NCBI GenBank assembly: GCA_964016885.1
Contig: OZ024757.1
Location: 5,332,001-5,396,000, forward strand
From: Eledone cirrhosa
Taxonomy: Eukaryota
DNA length: 64,000 nt
Reading direction: 5' to 3'
In this document: positions 1-12,300 of the stretch, piece by piece
How positions within the stretch are numbered: the stretch's first letter is position 1
Layout of the letters: every line of letters starts with the position of its first letter
Program-made: the position numbers and the translations under genes
The notes under the pieces: model-generated
What the model saw: only the letters and a program-made list of their open reading frames with translations
Databases searched by the model: none
What the model was told of the DNA's origin: nothing

Positions 1-340
1 CACGGCATGCATGCATATACATGCACGTACACATAAACACGCACACACAGACGTAAATCGGCGCGACACATATACCCGCACACATACGAACGTATACACC
101 AAATACACATATAAATATATGTTTGTGTGTATACATATAATTATATATACATATATAAATATACACGCATAAAAGCGTATAGAACGCACGCTCACACGTA
201 CCTACAGGTAAATACACATATGTTCACCCAACGTACATATACCAAAACCCTATGTACACATATACACACTCATTCATACCCATTATACACATATACATAC
301 ATACGTACATATATGTGGATATATATATATAGAGAGAGAG
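1..340. repeat. Low-complexity (CA/TA)n microsatellite-rich tract
   Basis: Mixed acac/atat/catacat runs; ORF 127-384 is an artefact of this composition. Confidence 0.85.
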
Positions 341-1063
341 CAGTTGTATTGTATAATATCGCTGCTATTTCTAGCAGTCAGTGAGACTACGTAGAGGCTT
401 TCTTAGTGATATATAATTGATATTTTATTGAGTGATACTTTCTGATTTACCATCAATTAAATACGATTGGAACTGTGTCTGAAGGTATTAAATTATATCA
501 GGGACTTTTAACGTATGACACCGGAAGAAGAGTTGAAACATTACCAACGACACCGGGTACCTGCTGTCTTCATTATAACTTTAATTAATCTAATTATATC
601 TTGTGTAACAATTATATATATATATACACAATTTTAATTCCCCGACATCAGTCTTACACTGTCATATCTATTCTTACTTTACAATTGTGTCTACTAAGAG
701 TTCCATTACAATCTGTAGTAGTAAAACTACTATTTCACCAGAACATCTGCTATCAGTCATTTATAGACAATATATATATTTTAGACCACATATCAACCTA
801 ATATATATATATATTTCCTATCAAATCTGTAGCTAAAGACATAAAGTCAGCCTCACTACTTCATTCTGACAAGATATCAATTTATGACTAAAGATGAAGA
901 AGATACACCAACGTTAATGTCGTGAAATAAAGCTGATAACATTGAAACTTCTAATTTGATAACAAAGAGATTATTTCTTTGGTTGTTTAGTAACAACTAA
1001 CAACACAACACATTGATTATATGTGAAGGAGGTAAGTTGACAAAGATTTACTTGAAGTCTATA

Positions 1064-1181
1064 ATAATTGTTTCTACTTTAGGCACAAGGCCAGCAATTA
1101 CCCAGTACATTACTGGTACTTTATTTTGTCGACCCCGTAAGGATGAAAGGCAAAGTTAACCTCGGCGGGATTGGAACTCAG
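1064..1181 (-). mobile_element. 5'-truncated tRNA-headed SINE (family 1) with 13-bp target site duplication
   Basis: Reverse complement of the body and tail of the copy at 15780-15964 (gagttc.aatcccgcc...tttcatccttacggggtcga...agtaccagt...agtagaaacaattat). agtctataataat occurs at both 1056-1068 and 1180-1192. Confidence 0.8.
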
Positions 1182-1194
1182 TCTATAATAATGA

Positions 1195-1450
1195 TAGCCC
1201 CAAATACTAACTGCTTTACTATACATTAGATAATGTAGTCCTAGGTAAACTATGTCTGATAGCCACTATACTGTACATTAGATAATGTAGACCTAGATAC
1301 ACTATGTCTGATAGCCATTAATACTAATTTCTTTACTGTACATTAGATAATGTAGTCCTAGATATACTATGTCTGATAGCCACTAATACTAACTACTGTA
1401 CTCTATATTAGATAATGTAGTACTAAATACACTATGTCTGATAGTCACTA
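1195..1450. repeat. Tandem repeat of about 50-60 bp, 4 copies
   Basis: tacattagataatgtagtcctagatatactatgtctgatagccact recurs near 1222, 1274, 1339 and 1404. Confidence 0.85.
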
Positions 1451-1457
1451 GTATATA

Positions 1458-1780
1458 CGTAGTTCTCAGGGAGATTCAGCGAGACGTATGACATGGCTTC
1501 CCTTTGAAATACATGTAGAACCCATCTTATATTATAATGTGTCTGAGTATTTCATTGACACGTACACCGTTGACATTGTTCTCAGGGAGATTCAGTGTTT
1601 CAATTCTATGTAACAACGTTTCCACTATAATTATGGTACAACTTATTATTTTTCCGGTTGGGTGAAATAAAACAATGAGAAATAATGTGTCTTGTTCAAG
1701 GCCTCAACGTACAGACCACCCGTCTGGGATTCGAACTCACGAACCATACGTTCATGTAATGCGTGCTATCACCGCCTAAA
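1458..1780 (-). mobile_element. Degenerate tRNA-headed SINE (family 2) with internal partial duplication
   Basis: Minus-strand B-box gagttcgaatcc (1727-1738); tgtgtcttgttcaagg matches the copy at 4240-4382; gttctcagggagattcag occurs twice. Confidence 0.6.
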
Positions 1781-2305
1781 ACCGGTTTCCTCCACATAAA
1801 TTACACAGGAATTACAATCCGGATTAATTCACGAACAAGAATTACAATAAGTCGCTGAGAGTGATCTCCCTTGGCTGACTTTAACATCTTTTCTTCCATT
1901 AGAAATTAATTTCTTTCATGTCCGACTGAAAGACTCTGGAGTTTTTACCTGTCTTGGGTTTAATTAATGAGGAATTTTGAGGTATTTATAACAATTATTA
2001 ATTATTTCATTACTGAGATATCATTTGAAGGATTTACTAAAGTTTTTAATTATTAATTATTTTATTAGTAACTTAACATGTGGTTCTTGTATAAAATTAT
2101 GTTGGAAGATGTTAGGAAGAAGCTATGTAGCCGGTCCCAGTAAAATAGACTCCCAGACTATGTAGCCGGTAAGAGTATCAGACACCACGTGTTGCGGCCC
2201 TTTATGGTCTGAGTTGAGACAATTTAAAATCTTTTCCACCATCAATTGTTAAAAAAACAAGTTAAAGTCATTTTGTCGTCCATTCGTAACGTACGTTACA
2301 CTTTA

Positions 2306-3095
2306 GTTACATACACATCTACTGTGTTACATACACACACATCTACTGTGTTACATATACACACATCTACTGTGTTACATACACACACATATACTATGTT
2401 ACATACACACATCTACTGTGTTACATACACACACATCTACTGTGTTACACACACATATCTACTGTGTTATATACATACACATCTACTGTGTTACATATAC
2501 ACACACCTACTGTGTTACATACAGACATCTACTGTGTTACATATACATACACACATCTACTGTGTTATATACATACACATCTACTGTGTTACATATACAC
2601 ACACCTACTGTGTTACATACACATACATCTACTGTGTTACATACACACACATCTACTGTGTTACATACACACACATCTACTGTGTTACATAGACATCTAC
2701 TGTGTTACATACACCTATCTACTGTGTTACATACACACACATCTACTGTGTTACATACACACATCTACTGAGTTACATACACATCTACTGAGTTACATCT
2801 ACTGTGTTACATACACATACATCTACTGTGTTACATACACACACAGCTACTGAGTTACACACACACACATCTACTGTGTTACATACATACACATCTATTG
2901 AGTTACATACACACACATCTATTGAGTTACATACACACACATCTACTGGGTTACACACATCTACTGTGTTACATACACACACATCTACTGAGTTACATAC
3001 ACACACATCTAATGGGTTACACATCTACTCATACATATTCATCAATAGACACACAATACAAAATAATGATTACATACACACACATCTATGTAATG
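2306..3095. repeat. Minisatellite, unit about 24 bp (acatctactgtgttacatacacac), about 30 copies
   Basis: Directly visible; the unit drifts to ctgagttac and ctgggttac variants distally; source of the TSTVLHTH pseudo-ORFs. Confidence 0.95.
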
Positions 3096-3945
3096 ATTGA
3101 GGAATGAATTGGCTGGTGAAACGCAATAGCGATGTGTGTGTTGCGTACCTTTCAGGTTTACCGGCTTCGTAGCCTATTCGAAGATTTTATTATAATTATG
3201 AACCTCGTATTTCAATTAATTATGACTAATTATGAGCTATCTCTCACAATTGTTAGTTAATTACTAACATAGTAACTTAACATATGGTTGTTATATAGAA
3301 TTTCGTTGGAAGACTTTAATTTAGATAGGAACCATTTCCATAGAACGAGAACCAGTTTTGGCTGGGTTTCTACCAAAAGGGTTAATGGAGAATTTTGAAC
3401 AATTTACTAAAATTATTGATTATTTCATTACTAAGATAATGTGTGAATACACAATTATATGTGTGTGTGTATATATATATAAACAGTATATATACAGTAT
3501 ATATATAGTATACAAAAGATGTAGTGGGATAATGAGTAGTCTTAAGACAAGTCTGTCAAGATAGCTGCGCTGTAACTTACACTTATTGGGACTGTGTGTT
3601 GGCTAGCAGGCCTGTATTTTGGGATCTAGCTGGTCCATTATGAGGGAGGTCTGGTTAGTTGGCAGCACCATGCCTTACTTGGGGTATATGTATGTATAGA
3701 AATAAGTTATTGTATATGTATAACTGTCCATCTATATGTATATACATGTGCGTTTAAGTATGTGTTTACATACATATATACATTTTCAGATGTATGCATG
3801 TAAGAGTATATATAGCTTTATATATATATATAAACATACATATGAGTGTATATATATATATATATATATATAAATATATAAACATACATATGAGTGTATA
3901 TATATATATATATAAACATACATATGAGTGTATATATATATATTC

Positions 3946-3979
<34 letters not shown>

Positions 3980-4043
3980 CCTCATCATCATCGTTTAACG
4001 TCCATATATATATAAACATACATATGAGTGTATATATATATAT

Positions 4044-4215
4044 ATCATCATCATCATCATTTTACGTCTGCTTTTTCCCTGCTTGCAAGGGTGAGAGGGG
4101 AACTGATTCTGGCTTGATTTCTACAGCTGGATGCCCTTCCTAACACCAACCTCATTTACAGTGAGTGCTGGGTGCGTTTTTGCCGTGGCACCTCCACGAC
4201 CACTTTGCAGTGGAA
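4044..4215 (-). mobile_element. RTE LINE 3' UTR fragment (subfamily B) with (GAT)n tail
   Basis: Reverse complement of 25880-26089, with an internal segment missing. Confidence 0.85.
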
Positions 4216-4239
4216 TGAGAGGGACCCCAGTTCCTATCA

Positions 4240-4382
4240 TCTCATTTCTACAGCTGAGTAAACTGGAGCAATGTGAAATAAATTGTCTTGCTCAAGGAAA
4301 CAACACATCACCCGGTCTGAGAATTGAACTCACAACCTTTCGATTGCAAGGCCAATGCTCTAACCACTAAGCCATGTGCCTC
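4240..4382 (-). mobile_element. tRNA-headed SINE (family 2) with CORE/V-like central domain
   Basis: Minus strand reads A-box tggcttagtggt, B-box gagttcaattc, then gtttccttgagcaagacaa. Confidence 0.75.
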
Positions 4383-4433
<51 letters not shown>

Positions 4434-4476
4434 TTTGTATTGTATTGTATTGTTATGTTATGTTATGTTATGTTAT

Positions 4477-5968
4477 GTACAATCTATGTATAATGAAACA
4501 CTCAGTAAGGTTAGAATTGACAATGAATATTGTGAAGAATTTAGTGTAAAAGTTGGTGTTCACCAAGGCTCTGTCCTTAGCCCCCTCCTATTTATTATTG
4601 GCCTTCAGGCTATAACAGAGGAGTTCAAGACGGGCTGCCCATGGGAACTCTTATATGCAGATGATCTAACGCTCATAGCTGAATCAATGGCTGAACTAGA
4701 GAAGAAATTCCAAACATGCAAACATGGTCTAGAATCAAAAGGCCTTAAAGTTAACTTGTCTAAGACTGAAGTCCTAGTTTGTAGAAAGGAAAATAAGGCA
4801 CAGGTACCCTCAGGGAAATGGTCTTGCTCATTGTGTAGGAAAGGAGAGGGCAGAAATTCAATTTTATGTCCCAAATGCAAAGTATGGGTACATAAAGATG
4901 TAGTAGGATCACAGGTAAACTATCTAAGAATGTAGACTTTATATGTGGCCAATGCTCAGGTGACAGGTAGCAAGTTTCCACAGGATACTAGCCCCTTCTA
5001 TTGCCCAGATGGTTCCATAGAAATAGTAGACACTTTCCGTTACCTGAGTGACAAAATCAGCAGTGGTGGAGGGTGTTTTGAAAGTACAGTAGCCAGAGTC
5101 AGAACGGGATGGAAAAAGTTCAGAGAGCTTATACCACTATTGGCCGCTAAAGGGTTCTCTCTAAAAATGAAAGGCAGGCTGTATGATGCCTGCATACGAA
5201 CAGCAATGTTAAATGGCAGTGAGACCTGGGCATTGTGTGCAGAGGATATATGCAGACTGGACAGAAACGAAGCTTGCATGCTCCGCTGGATGTGTAATAG
5301 TAATATATGTGAACGGCAAAGCATAAACAAACTAAGGGAGAAATTAGGAATAAGAAGGATCAGATGTTGTTTACTCGAGAGAAGACTACGTTGGTATGTT
5401 CACGTGATGTGCATGAAAGACGACTGCTGTATAAAAAAGTGCAGGGCGATAAAAATAGATGTTAACCTCGGAGTAGGCAGACCCAGAAAAACCTGGGACG
5501 ACTTGATAAATTCCGACCTCACACACTTACACCTCTCCAAGACAATGTCACTGGACCGAGATCTTTGGCGCTACCTAGTCATACAGAAGACCCGCCTTGC
5601 CTAAGTACAAAGCGAAACCTAGTCAGTAGGCACCTCTAACAAAATACACCCCCGTCCCACTACCCCCACCCCATCCACACCACCCCCTTAAATGTCCAGT
5701 CCGAAACAAATGAGGTTGTGTTGGTGTCACGACAAAAAAACACACAGTCCACGCTGTAATGTGGCCATGTAGGCAACACGGTAAAAACCTCCCAGTCCAC
5801 ACTGTAAATGTGGTTGGTGTTAGGAAGGGCATCCAGCCGTAGAAAACCCGCCAGACAGTCCTATACGAGCAGGACAACAAATCTTGCCTCAAGTGAGAAA
5901 CCTCCCATCCAAACCCATGCAAGCGTGGAAGATGGACGTTAAACGATGATGATGATGATGATGATGAT
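4477..5968 (+). mobile_element. 5'-truncated RTE-clade LINE (subfamily A), frameshifted
   Basis: ORFs 4324-4935 and 4945-5604 contain GVHQGSVLSPLLF, YADD and RRLRWY; 3' UTR and (GAT)n tail at 5945-5968. Confidence 0.95.
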
Positions 5969-6020
5969 ATAAAACATATCTGTAATGTTATTTATATATA
6001 TATAAAACATATATGTAATG

Positions 6021-6063
<43 letters not shown>

Positions 6064-6181
6064 ATTTGTAATGTTAATCAATTGAAAATTAAACTTAAAG
6101 GTGTAGTAATGCCACAAACGTTTTTCTATCTTTAAATAATTAGATACTTATTTATATAATTGTAAATACAAGTGCCACAGC

Positions 6182-6219
<38 letters not shown>

Positions 6220-6303
6220 CGTTTCTGAATTTGTTTAGCAAGATTCTTTATCTGAAATCGTGTGTTGAAAAATAGAAAAATGAACACAAACACACACAGA
6301 CAC

Positions 6304-6359
6304 CCGGATGTGGCGCATGCGCAAACTGAGCACGCAACCCACACACAAACAAAATGGCG
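6304..6359. promoter_or_regulatory. Cluster of ETS-like (ccggatgt), NRF1-like (gcgcatgcgc) and YY1-like (aaaatggcg) motifs
   Basis: Motif matches only, in a short CpG-containing patch about 50 bp upstream of a hammerhead motif. Confidence 0.35.
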
Positions 6360-6405
6360 TAGGATAGAAGAAAGGAAAGGCACAGAAACGAAGAAAGAAA
6401 TCCCC

Positions 6406-6450
6406 AGTCACTGAAGAGGTCACAGAGTGTGTGACGAAAGAACTATGACT
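6406..6450 (+). ncRNA. Minimal type I hammerhead ribozyme motif
   Basis: agtca CTGAAGA g gtcaca gagtg tgtgac GAAA gaac TA tgact: 5-bp stem I, 6-bp stem II, minimal stem III. Confidence 0.7.
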
Positions 6451-6601
6451 ATATATATATAAACAACTATCTGGTTGTGGAACCAACCAACCAACCAGAA
6501 ATTTATAAATTTGTAAATTTATAAATATATATTAAATTAAATTGAAGTGAAAGCAACTGGTGCGTGTGTTTCTTATTGGCAAAATGACCCTCCCAAAGTA
6601 T

Positions 6602-6632
<31 letters not shown>

Positions 6633-6923
6633 CATGCTAGAGTCCCAGAGAACGAGAGAAGAATGAAGGATAGATATATGCATGGTATAAATAGCAGCCA
6701 AAGCCCAGCAAAGTACAGAATGAAGAACACACACACTCCCTCTCTCTTTCTCTCTCTCACACACACACATATATATTTATGTATGCATGTATGTATATGG
6801 TTAATGGAATTATGTAATAAAATGAAGATGTACAAATAAAACTGTCTCTTATTTATTACACTGACACTTCGATTGATACCTTACTGAGAAAATCCTAATC
6901 GTAAAGTGCTTTACTATATATAG

Positions 6924-6991
<68 letters not shown>

Positions 6992-7072
6992 GTGTAGGAC
7001 ATGAGTATATATATATATATATATATATTAATTCAAAATATTAACAAAAATAGACATTTGTATGATCAAGTA

Positions 7073-7139
7073 TATTTTATTATACATATTTCAGAGGTAC
7101 TGAGCTATCTTCAACAGTACGTCCTCATCAGATAAAATA
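7073..7139 (-). ncRNA. Minimal type I hammerhead ribozyme motif (mirror copy)
   Basis: Exact reverse complement of 7219-7285. Confidence 0.65.
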
Positions 7140-7218
7140 AGACGAAGAATGACATACCCTGACATAGTAGATGGTTAAGATTCAGTCATGGTATGTCAGG
7201 GTATGTCATGCATCATCT

Positions 7219-7285
7219 TATTTTATCTGATGAGGACGTACTGTTGAAGATAGCTCAGTACCTCTGAAATATGTATAATAAAATA
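7219..7285 (+). ncRNA. Minimal type I hammerhead ribozyme motif
   Basis: tattttat CTGATGA ggacgtactg-loop-cagtacctct GAAA tatgta TA ataaaata: 8-bp stem I and self-complementary stem III region AUAUGUAU. Confidence 0.65.
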
Positions 7286-7423
7286 TACTTCATCACACGA
7301 ATGTCTATTTTTGTTAATATTTTGAATTAATATTAATAACTCTGGAAAACCATAGCTGTTGAGTGCTTCCCATCTATTGTAAAACTCATTCTTTGATTTA
7401 TTCATTGAACCTTGTTTAACCTT

Positions 7424-7487
<64 letters not shown>

Positions 7488-7578
7488 GTATGTAAAAAGT
7501 AAACAGAAATAACAACACAATCGGTACAGTATATGGAAGGTATATAATAGGTTAACGCTTGATATAGCAGGAAGAGGG

Positions 7579-7614
7579 TCTTGACGTTTTGGATGCTAGT
7601 CCTTTATCAGAAGA
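7579..7614 (-). ncRNA. Degenerate minimal hammerhead motif, probably inactive
   Basis: Minus strand tctt CTGATAA a gga ctagca tcc AAAA cg TC aaga; two core G>A changes. Confidence 0.45.
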
Positions 7615-8298
7615 AAGAGTGATGAATAAAATAGATATATATATATAGTAAAGCACTTTACGATTAGGATTATATATATATATATATATATATATAAGTT
7701 ATTCCGGGTTGAATCAGAGGTAACCACAGTAAGTAAGGTACTCAATACATAGCAGAGTATAAAAGTTTTAATATAGAAGAGCTTCTCCAGGACTAGAGCT
7801 GTTTCATTCATGAGAAATCATCAGGGAGCTTCCTGTGCAAGTAGTGGTATTTATATCTTTTCTTTTCTGGTGGTAGGAGAGGGTGGGGGTTGGGATGGGT
7901 GGAGGTCATTGGTTGAAGGATTTAAAGAAAAGGGAGTTCATTAAAAGCTAATTCTTTAAAGCTATAGTAATAACAAAGGCAGGAAGAATACTGTAAACAA
8001 AATCATGTTTGGAATACCAATCCTAGTTTATCACTTAGACTAACAATGGCTGTAAGACAGGTGTCTACAGGATGGCTGGGGTTCAATGGTTTAAAGAAAA
8101 AGGAAATTCTTTAGAAGCTAATTCTTTAAGGCTGAAATAAGGGTGACAAAGGCAGAAAGGGTTCCATCAACAGATTCAAGTGTTGGGTGCTTCCCCTTAT
8201 TGTGAAGTTTCTCTTAATATATATTCCAGGTGTTGACAAACACATTCACACACTCGCCCACGTACACACACATACACACACACACACAACAAACATAC

Positions 8299-8492
8299 AT
8301 AATTGTTTCTACTTTAGGCACAAGGCCAGCAATTACCCAGTGTATTACTGGTACTTTATTTTTTATCGACCCCGTAAGGATGAAAGGCAAACTTAATCTC
8401 GGCGGGATTTGAACTCAGAATGGCAAGGGCCGTAACTCTATGTGCCAAAGCATGGCATCCGACCCTCTATCGATACTGCCAATCCACCGCCT
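8299..8492 (-). mobile_element. tRNA-headed SINE (family 1), near full length
   Basis: Minus strand A-box-like tggcagtatcgat and B-box gagttcaaatcc; same body as 15780-15964. Confidence 0.85.
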
Positions 8493-8568
8493 TCATACAT
8501 ACATACATACATAATGGTACATACACATATACAAATATATACACATATATATACATATACATACACAT

Positions 8569-11500
8569 ATCATCATCATCATCGTTTAACGTCCATCTTC
8601 CATGTCTGCATGGGTTTGGACGGGAGCTTTCCCACTTGAGGCAAGATTTGTTGTCCTGCTCGTATAGGACTGTCTGGCGGGTTTTCTACGGCTGGATGCC
8701 TTTCCTAACACCAACGACATTTACAGTGTGGGACTGGGAAGTTTTTACCGAGTTGCCTACACGGCCACATTACAGCGTGGACTGTGTGTTTTTTTGTCGT
8801 GACACCTACACGATCTCATTTGTTTCGGCCTGGATGTTGTGGCACCAACATAACTTTACATTGAAAGGGGCGGTGCGGATGGGGTGGGATGGTTTGTTAG
8901 AGAGGCCTACTGACTGTAGTAGGTTTTACTTTGTATTCAGGTAAGGCGGGTCTTCTCTATTACTGAGTACCGCCAAAGATCTCGGTCCAGTGACATTGTC
9001 TTGGAGAGGTGTAAGTGTGTGAGGTCGGAATTTATCAGGTCGTCCCAGGTTTTTCTGCGTCTGCCTACTCCGTGGCTACCGTCTATCTTTATTGCCCTGC
9101 ACTTTTTTATACAGCTGTCGTCTTTCATGCGCATCACGTGACCATACCAACGTAGCCTTCTCTCGACTAAACAACATCTGATCCCTCTTATTTCTAATTT
9201 TCCCATTAGTTTGTTTATGCTTTGCCGTTCGCGTATATTATTATTACACATCCAGTGGAGCATGCAAGCTTCGTTCCTCTCTAGTCTGCGTATATCCTCT
9301 GCACACAATGCCCAGGTCTCACTGCCATGCAACATTTATGTTCGTATGCAGGCATCATACAGCCTACCTTTCATTTTTAAGGAGAACCCTTTAGCGGCTA
9401 ATAGTGGTATAAGCTCTCTGAACTTTTTCCATCCAGTTCTGACTCTAGCTACTGTACTTTCAGAGCACCCTCCCCCACTGCTGATTTTGTCACCCAGGTA
9501 ACGGAAGCTGTCCACTATTTCTATAGAACCCTCTGCGCAATTGAAAGAGCTAGTATTTTGTGGGCACTTGCTGCTACTTATTGCACCAGAGCACCGGCCA
9601 CATGTAAAATCTATGTTCTTAGTTAGCTTACCTGTGATTCCACTATATCTTTTATGCACCCATACTTTGCATTTGGGACATAAAATGGAGTTTCTACCTA
9701 CACCTTTCCTACACACTGAGCATGGCCATTTCCCGGAAGGGACCGGCGCCTTATTTTCTTTCCTACAAACTAGAACTTTAGTCTTAGCCAGGTTAATTTT
9801 AAGGCCTTTTGATTCTAGGCCGTGCTTCCATGTTTGGAATTTCTTCTCTAGCTCGGCCATTGATTCAGCTATGAGCGTTAGATCATCTGCGTATAGGAAT
9901 TCCCATGGGCAGCCGGTCTTGAACTCCACTGTTATAGCCTGTAGGGCAATAATAAATAGTAGGGGGCTAAGAACAGAGCCCTGATGAACACCAACTTTTA
10001 CGCTAAACTCTTCACTATATTCGTTGTTAATTCTAACCTTGCTGACTGTTTCTTTATACATGGCTTGTATAGCTCTCACAAGCCATTCATCAACACCTAG
10101 TTTTCTAAGAGCCCACCAGATAATGGAACGGGGGACTCTGTCGAAGGCTTTCTCCAAGTCGACAGAAGCTAAGTATAGAGGTTTACTTTTAGCTAGGTAC
10201 TTCTCCTGTAGTTGTCGCACAATGAAAAGAGCGTCTGTGGTACTTTTGCCTGACACAAACCCGAACTACATTTCATCTAGATCAATTCTCTCTCTGATTA
10301 GTTGCACTATTACTTTTTCTGTTACCTTCATGACCAGGTCGATTAATTTAATGCCTCTATAGTTACTCCTATCTAGGGCGTCTCCTTTACCCTTGTAACA
10401 GTTAATGATGATGCTGCTGCCCCATTCTGTATGACTTGGTTTACTATCCGGGTGACCATGGTGTGTCCAGAGGCCTTCAGCATCTCAGCAACTATTTCCG
10501 AAGGCCTTACCTGTCTTCATATCTTTGATTGCCTTACTTATTATACTACCTTCAACTAACACTGCTGGTCCCTCTATTGGATCGATCTGGGGGAGACTAT
10601 CCTTCTCCCATTTATTCTCCTCATTTAATAGCCTCTCGTAGTGACACTTCCAAGCTACCTTCTTATCAGCGTCAGTGATGGCGAGTACGCCATCATCATT
10701 TAGTACACACTTCTCCCCAACAATATCACGGTTTTCCTTGACACATTGCCTAGCAATCCTGAACACCTCACGTTTTTGGTCCTTGCATTGTAGAACATGC
10801 TTGAACTCTCTTTCCTCTGCTTCCCTTCTTGCGAAGTACACTTGTCTCCTAGCTTCCCTCCTGGCCACTTGATAGTCTTCTCTACTTTCCCCATCCCGCC
10901 ATACTTTCCAAGCCTGCTTTTTGGCCTTAATCGACTCCTCCACCTTACTGTTCCACCACCATGTTACTCTCCTCCTGTCTATAGGCCTGCTCCGGCCACA
11001 GACTTCGTCTGCCTCCATCAGCAGGTTTGCTTTCAGGAATTCCCACTGTACCTCTATATTGTACGACTCTAAATGCTCTTCCTTACTGTCGAAAGCATCA
11101 AGTAATATGCTTTGAAATTTATTTCTGGCTGTGGGGTCCTTTAGCTTCCATATTTTTCTCCTGAGGATAGTCCTCTTCTGCTGTGTCGAGTACGTCTCGT
11201 CCTGACTATGAGGTCGCTAATTATCAGTCTATGTTGGGAGGTGCATTCTTCATGGGGGAGGGATTTAGTGTTTACAACAGACACTCTGTCACATCACCTG
11301 GTAAGGATATAATCTACCTGGCTGGTATGTTCTCCTGATCTGTAGGTGATCAAGTGATTGTCTCGTTTTTTGAAGTTAGTGTTACAGATAGTTAGGTTGT
11401 TCGCATCACAGAATTCCAGGATTCTGGAGCCTACCTCGCTTCTAGTACCAAACCCATAGCCTCCGTGGATTCCGTCATAGCCGTCACAATGTTGTCCAAC

Positions 11501-12300
11501 GTGACCATTTAGGTCGCCAGCAATAATTATATAGTCACTGTCGGTTATTTGGGAGGTAGTGAACATCAGTGTCTCATAGAATCTGTCTTTTATAGCGCCA
11601 GGCAGTCCGGATTGGGGCGCGTATGCAGATATTACTGTCACAGTAGTTCTGTTTAGAACAAGTCTTATTTTAATTATTCTGTCATTCACTCTATTTACAT
11701 CTATTATCTTATCCACCCATTTTTCTGCTAACATGATTCTTACCCCACCTATCCCATTGTCATTCCCCACCCAGAAAAGCTTATAGCAACGTTTTTTACC
11801 CACAATGAATCTAGCAGACCCTCCCCTCCACCTGGTCTCTTGAATACAGCAAACATCAACCTCCTTACGTTCAAGCAATTCTACAACCTCGTTAGAGCGG
11901 CCTTTTAAGGTGCCTACGTTCATGGTACCAACTCTGAAGTTTTGGATTGTGTTTGGAGGATAGGGCGCAGGGAGGGTGAGGGGAATGAGTTTGGGGTTAT
12001 GTTGGCCATCCGTGGCCGAAACAAAGAGGGGGGGGGGGGCCTTGCCCCTTTGTCCGGCAGCATGAGGTGAATTTGTTGTTATCTTTGGCATTGTCATCGA
12101 GTGTCCAGATACTTCAGACTCTCCAGAAATTCCTTAGTCCATCCATCATATCGAAAAGCAGCCAGTGGTGATAGCATAGGCCGTTGACTTGTGATTGGTC
12201 CAAATAGTAAAGGTGGAGAGTGGGGGCGGGACGGAGGGATATGGGGTAGTTAGCAATGAGGGAGAATATTTAGAACCAGCGTGGAGAAGATTAAATTAAA
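8569..12300 (-). mobile_element. Near full-length RTE LINE (subfamily A): AP endonuclease plus RT, disrupted by stops and small indels
   Basis: ORF pieces 11294-12097 (TMNVGTL, IQETRW, SAYAPQ, GDLNGH), 10485-11018, 9336-10256 (DLEKAFDRV, YADD) and 8937-9335; tail at 8569-8583; 5' boundary approximate. Confidence 0.95.

Larger units (their letters stand above)
7025..7333. repeat. 309-bp near-perfect palindrome, probably inverted Penelope-like terminal-repeat remnants
   Basis: Arms 7025-7166 and 7192-7333 (142 bp, about 6 mismatches) with a 25-bp spacer. Confidence 0.9.

Noticed and set aside
2246-3107. His/Thr/Cys-rich ORFs (also at 19935-20422)
   Set aside because: Open in several frames because of mini- and microsatellite composition
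3078-3140. acacacatc...ttgagga...gaaacgcaatagcgatgtgtgt as a hammerhead
   Set aside because: Core box is mutated and stem II is absent; the pairing involves low-complexity CA/GT sequence
1955-3440. Short similar blocks at 1955-2112 and 3270-3440
   Set aside because: AT-rich, degenerate and in permuted order; boundaries too unclear to call an element
4310-4382. tRNA gene
   Set aside because: A and B boxes continue into a SINE body, so this is a SINE head
7785-7830. Minus-strand CTGATGA...GAAACAGCTCT hammerhead-like motif
   Set aside because: No convincing stem I next to a cleavage triplet; at best a decayed remnant
9211-10362. Antisense ORFs overlapping LINEs (also 24603-25718 and 27791-28936)
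   Set aside because: Shadows of the RTE coding strand with no independent motifs
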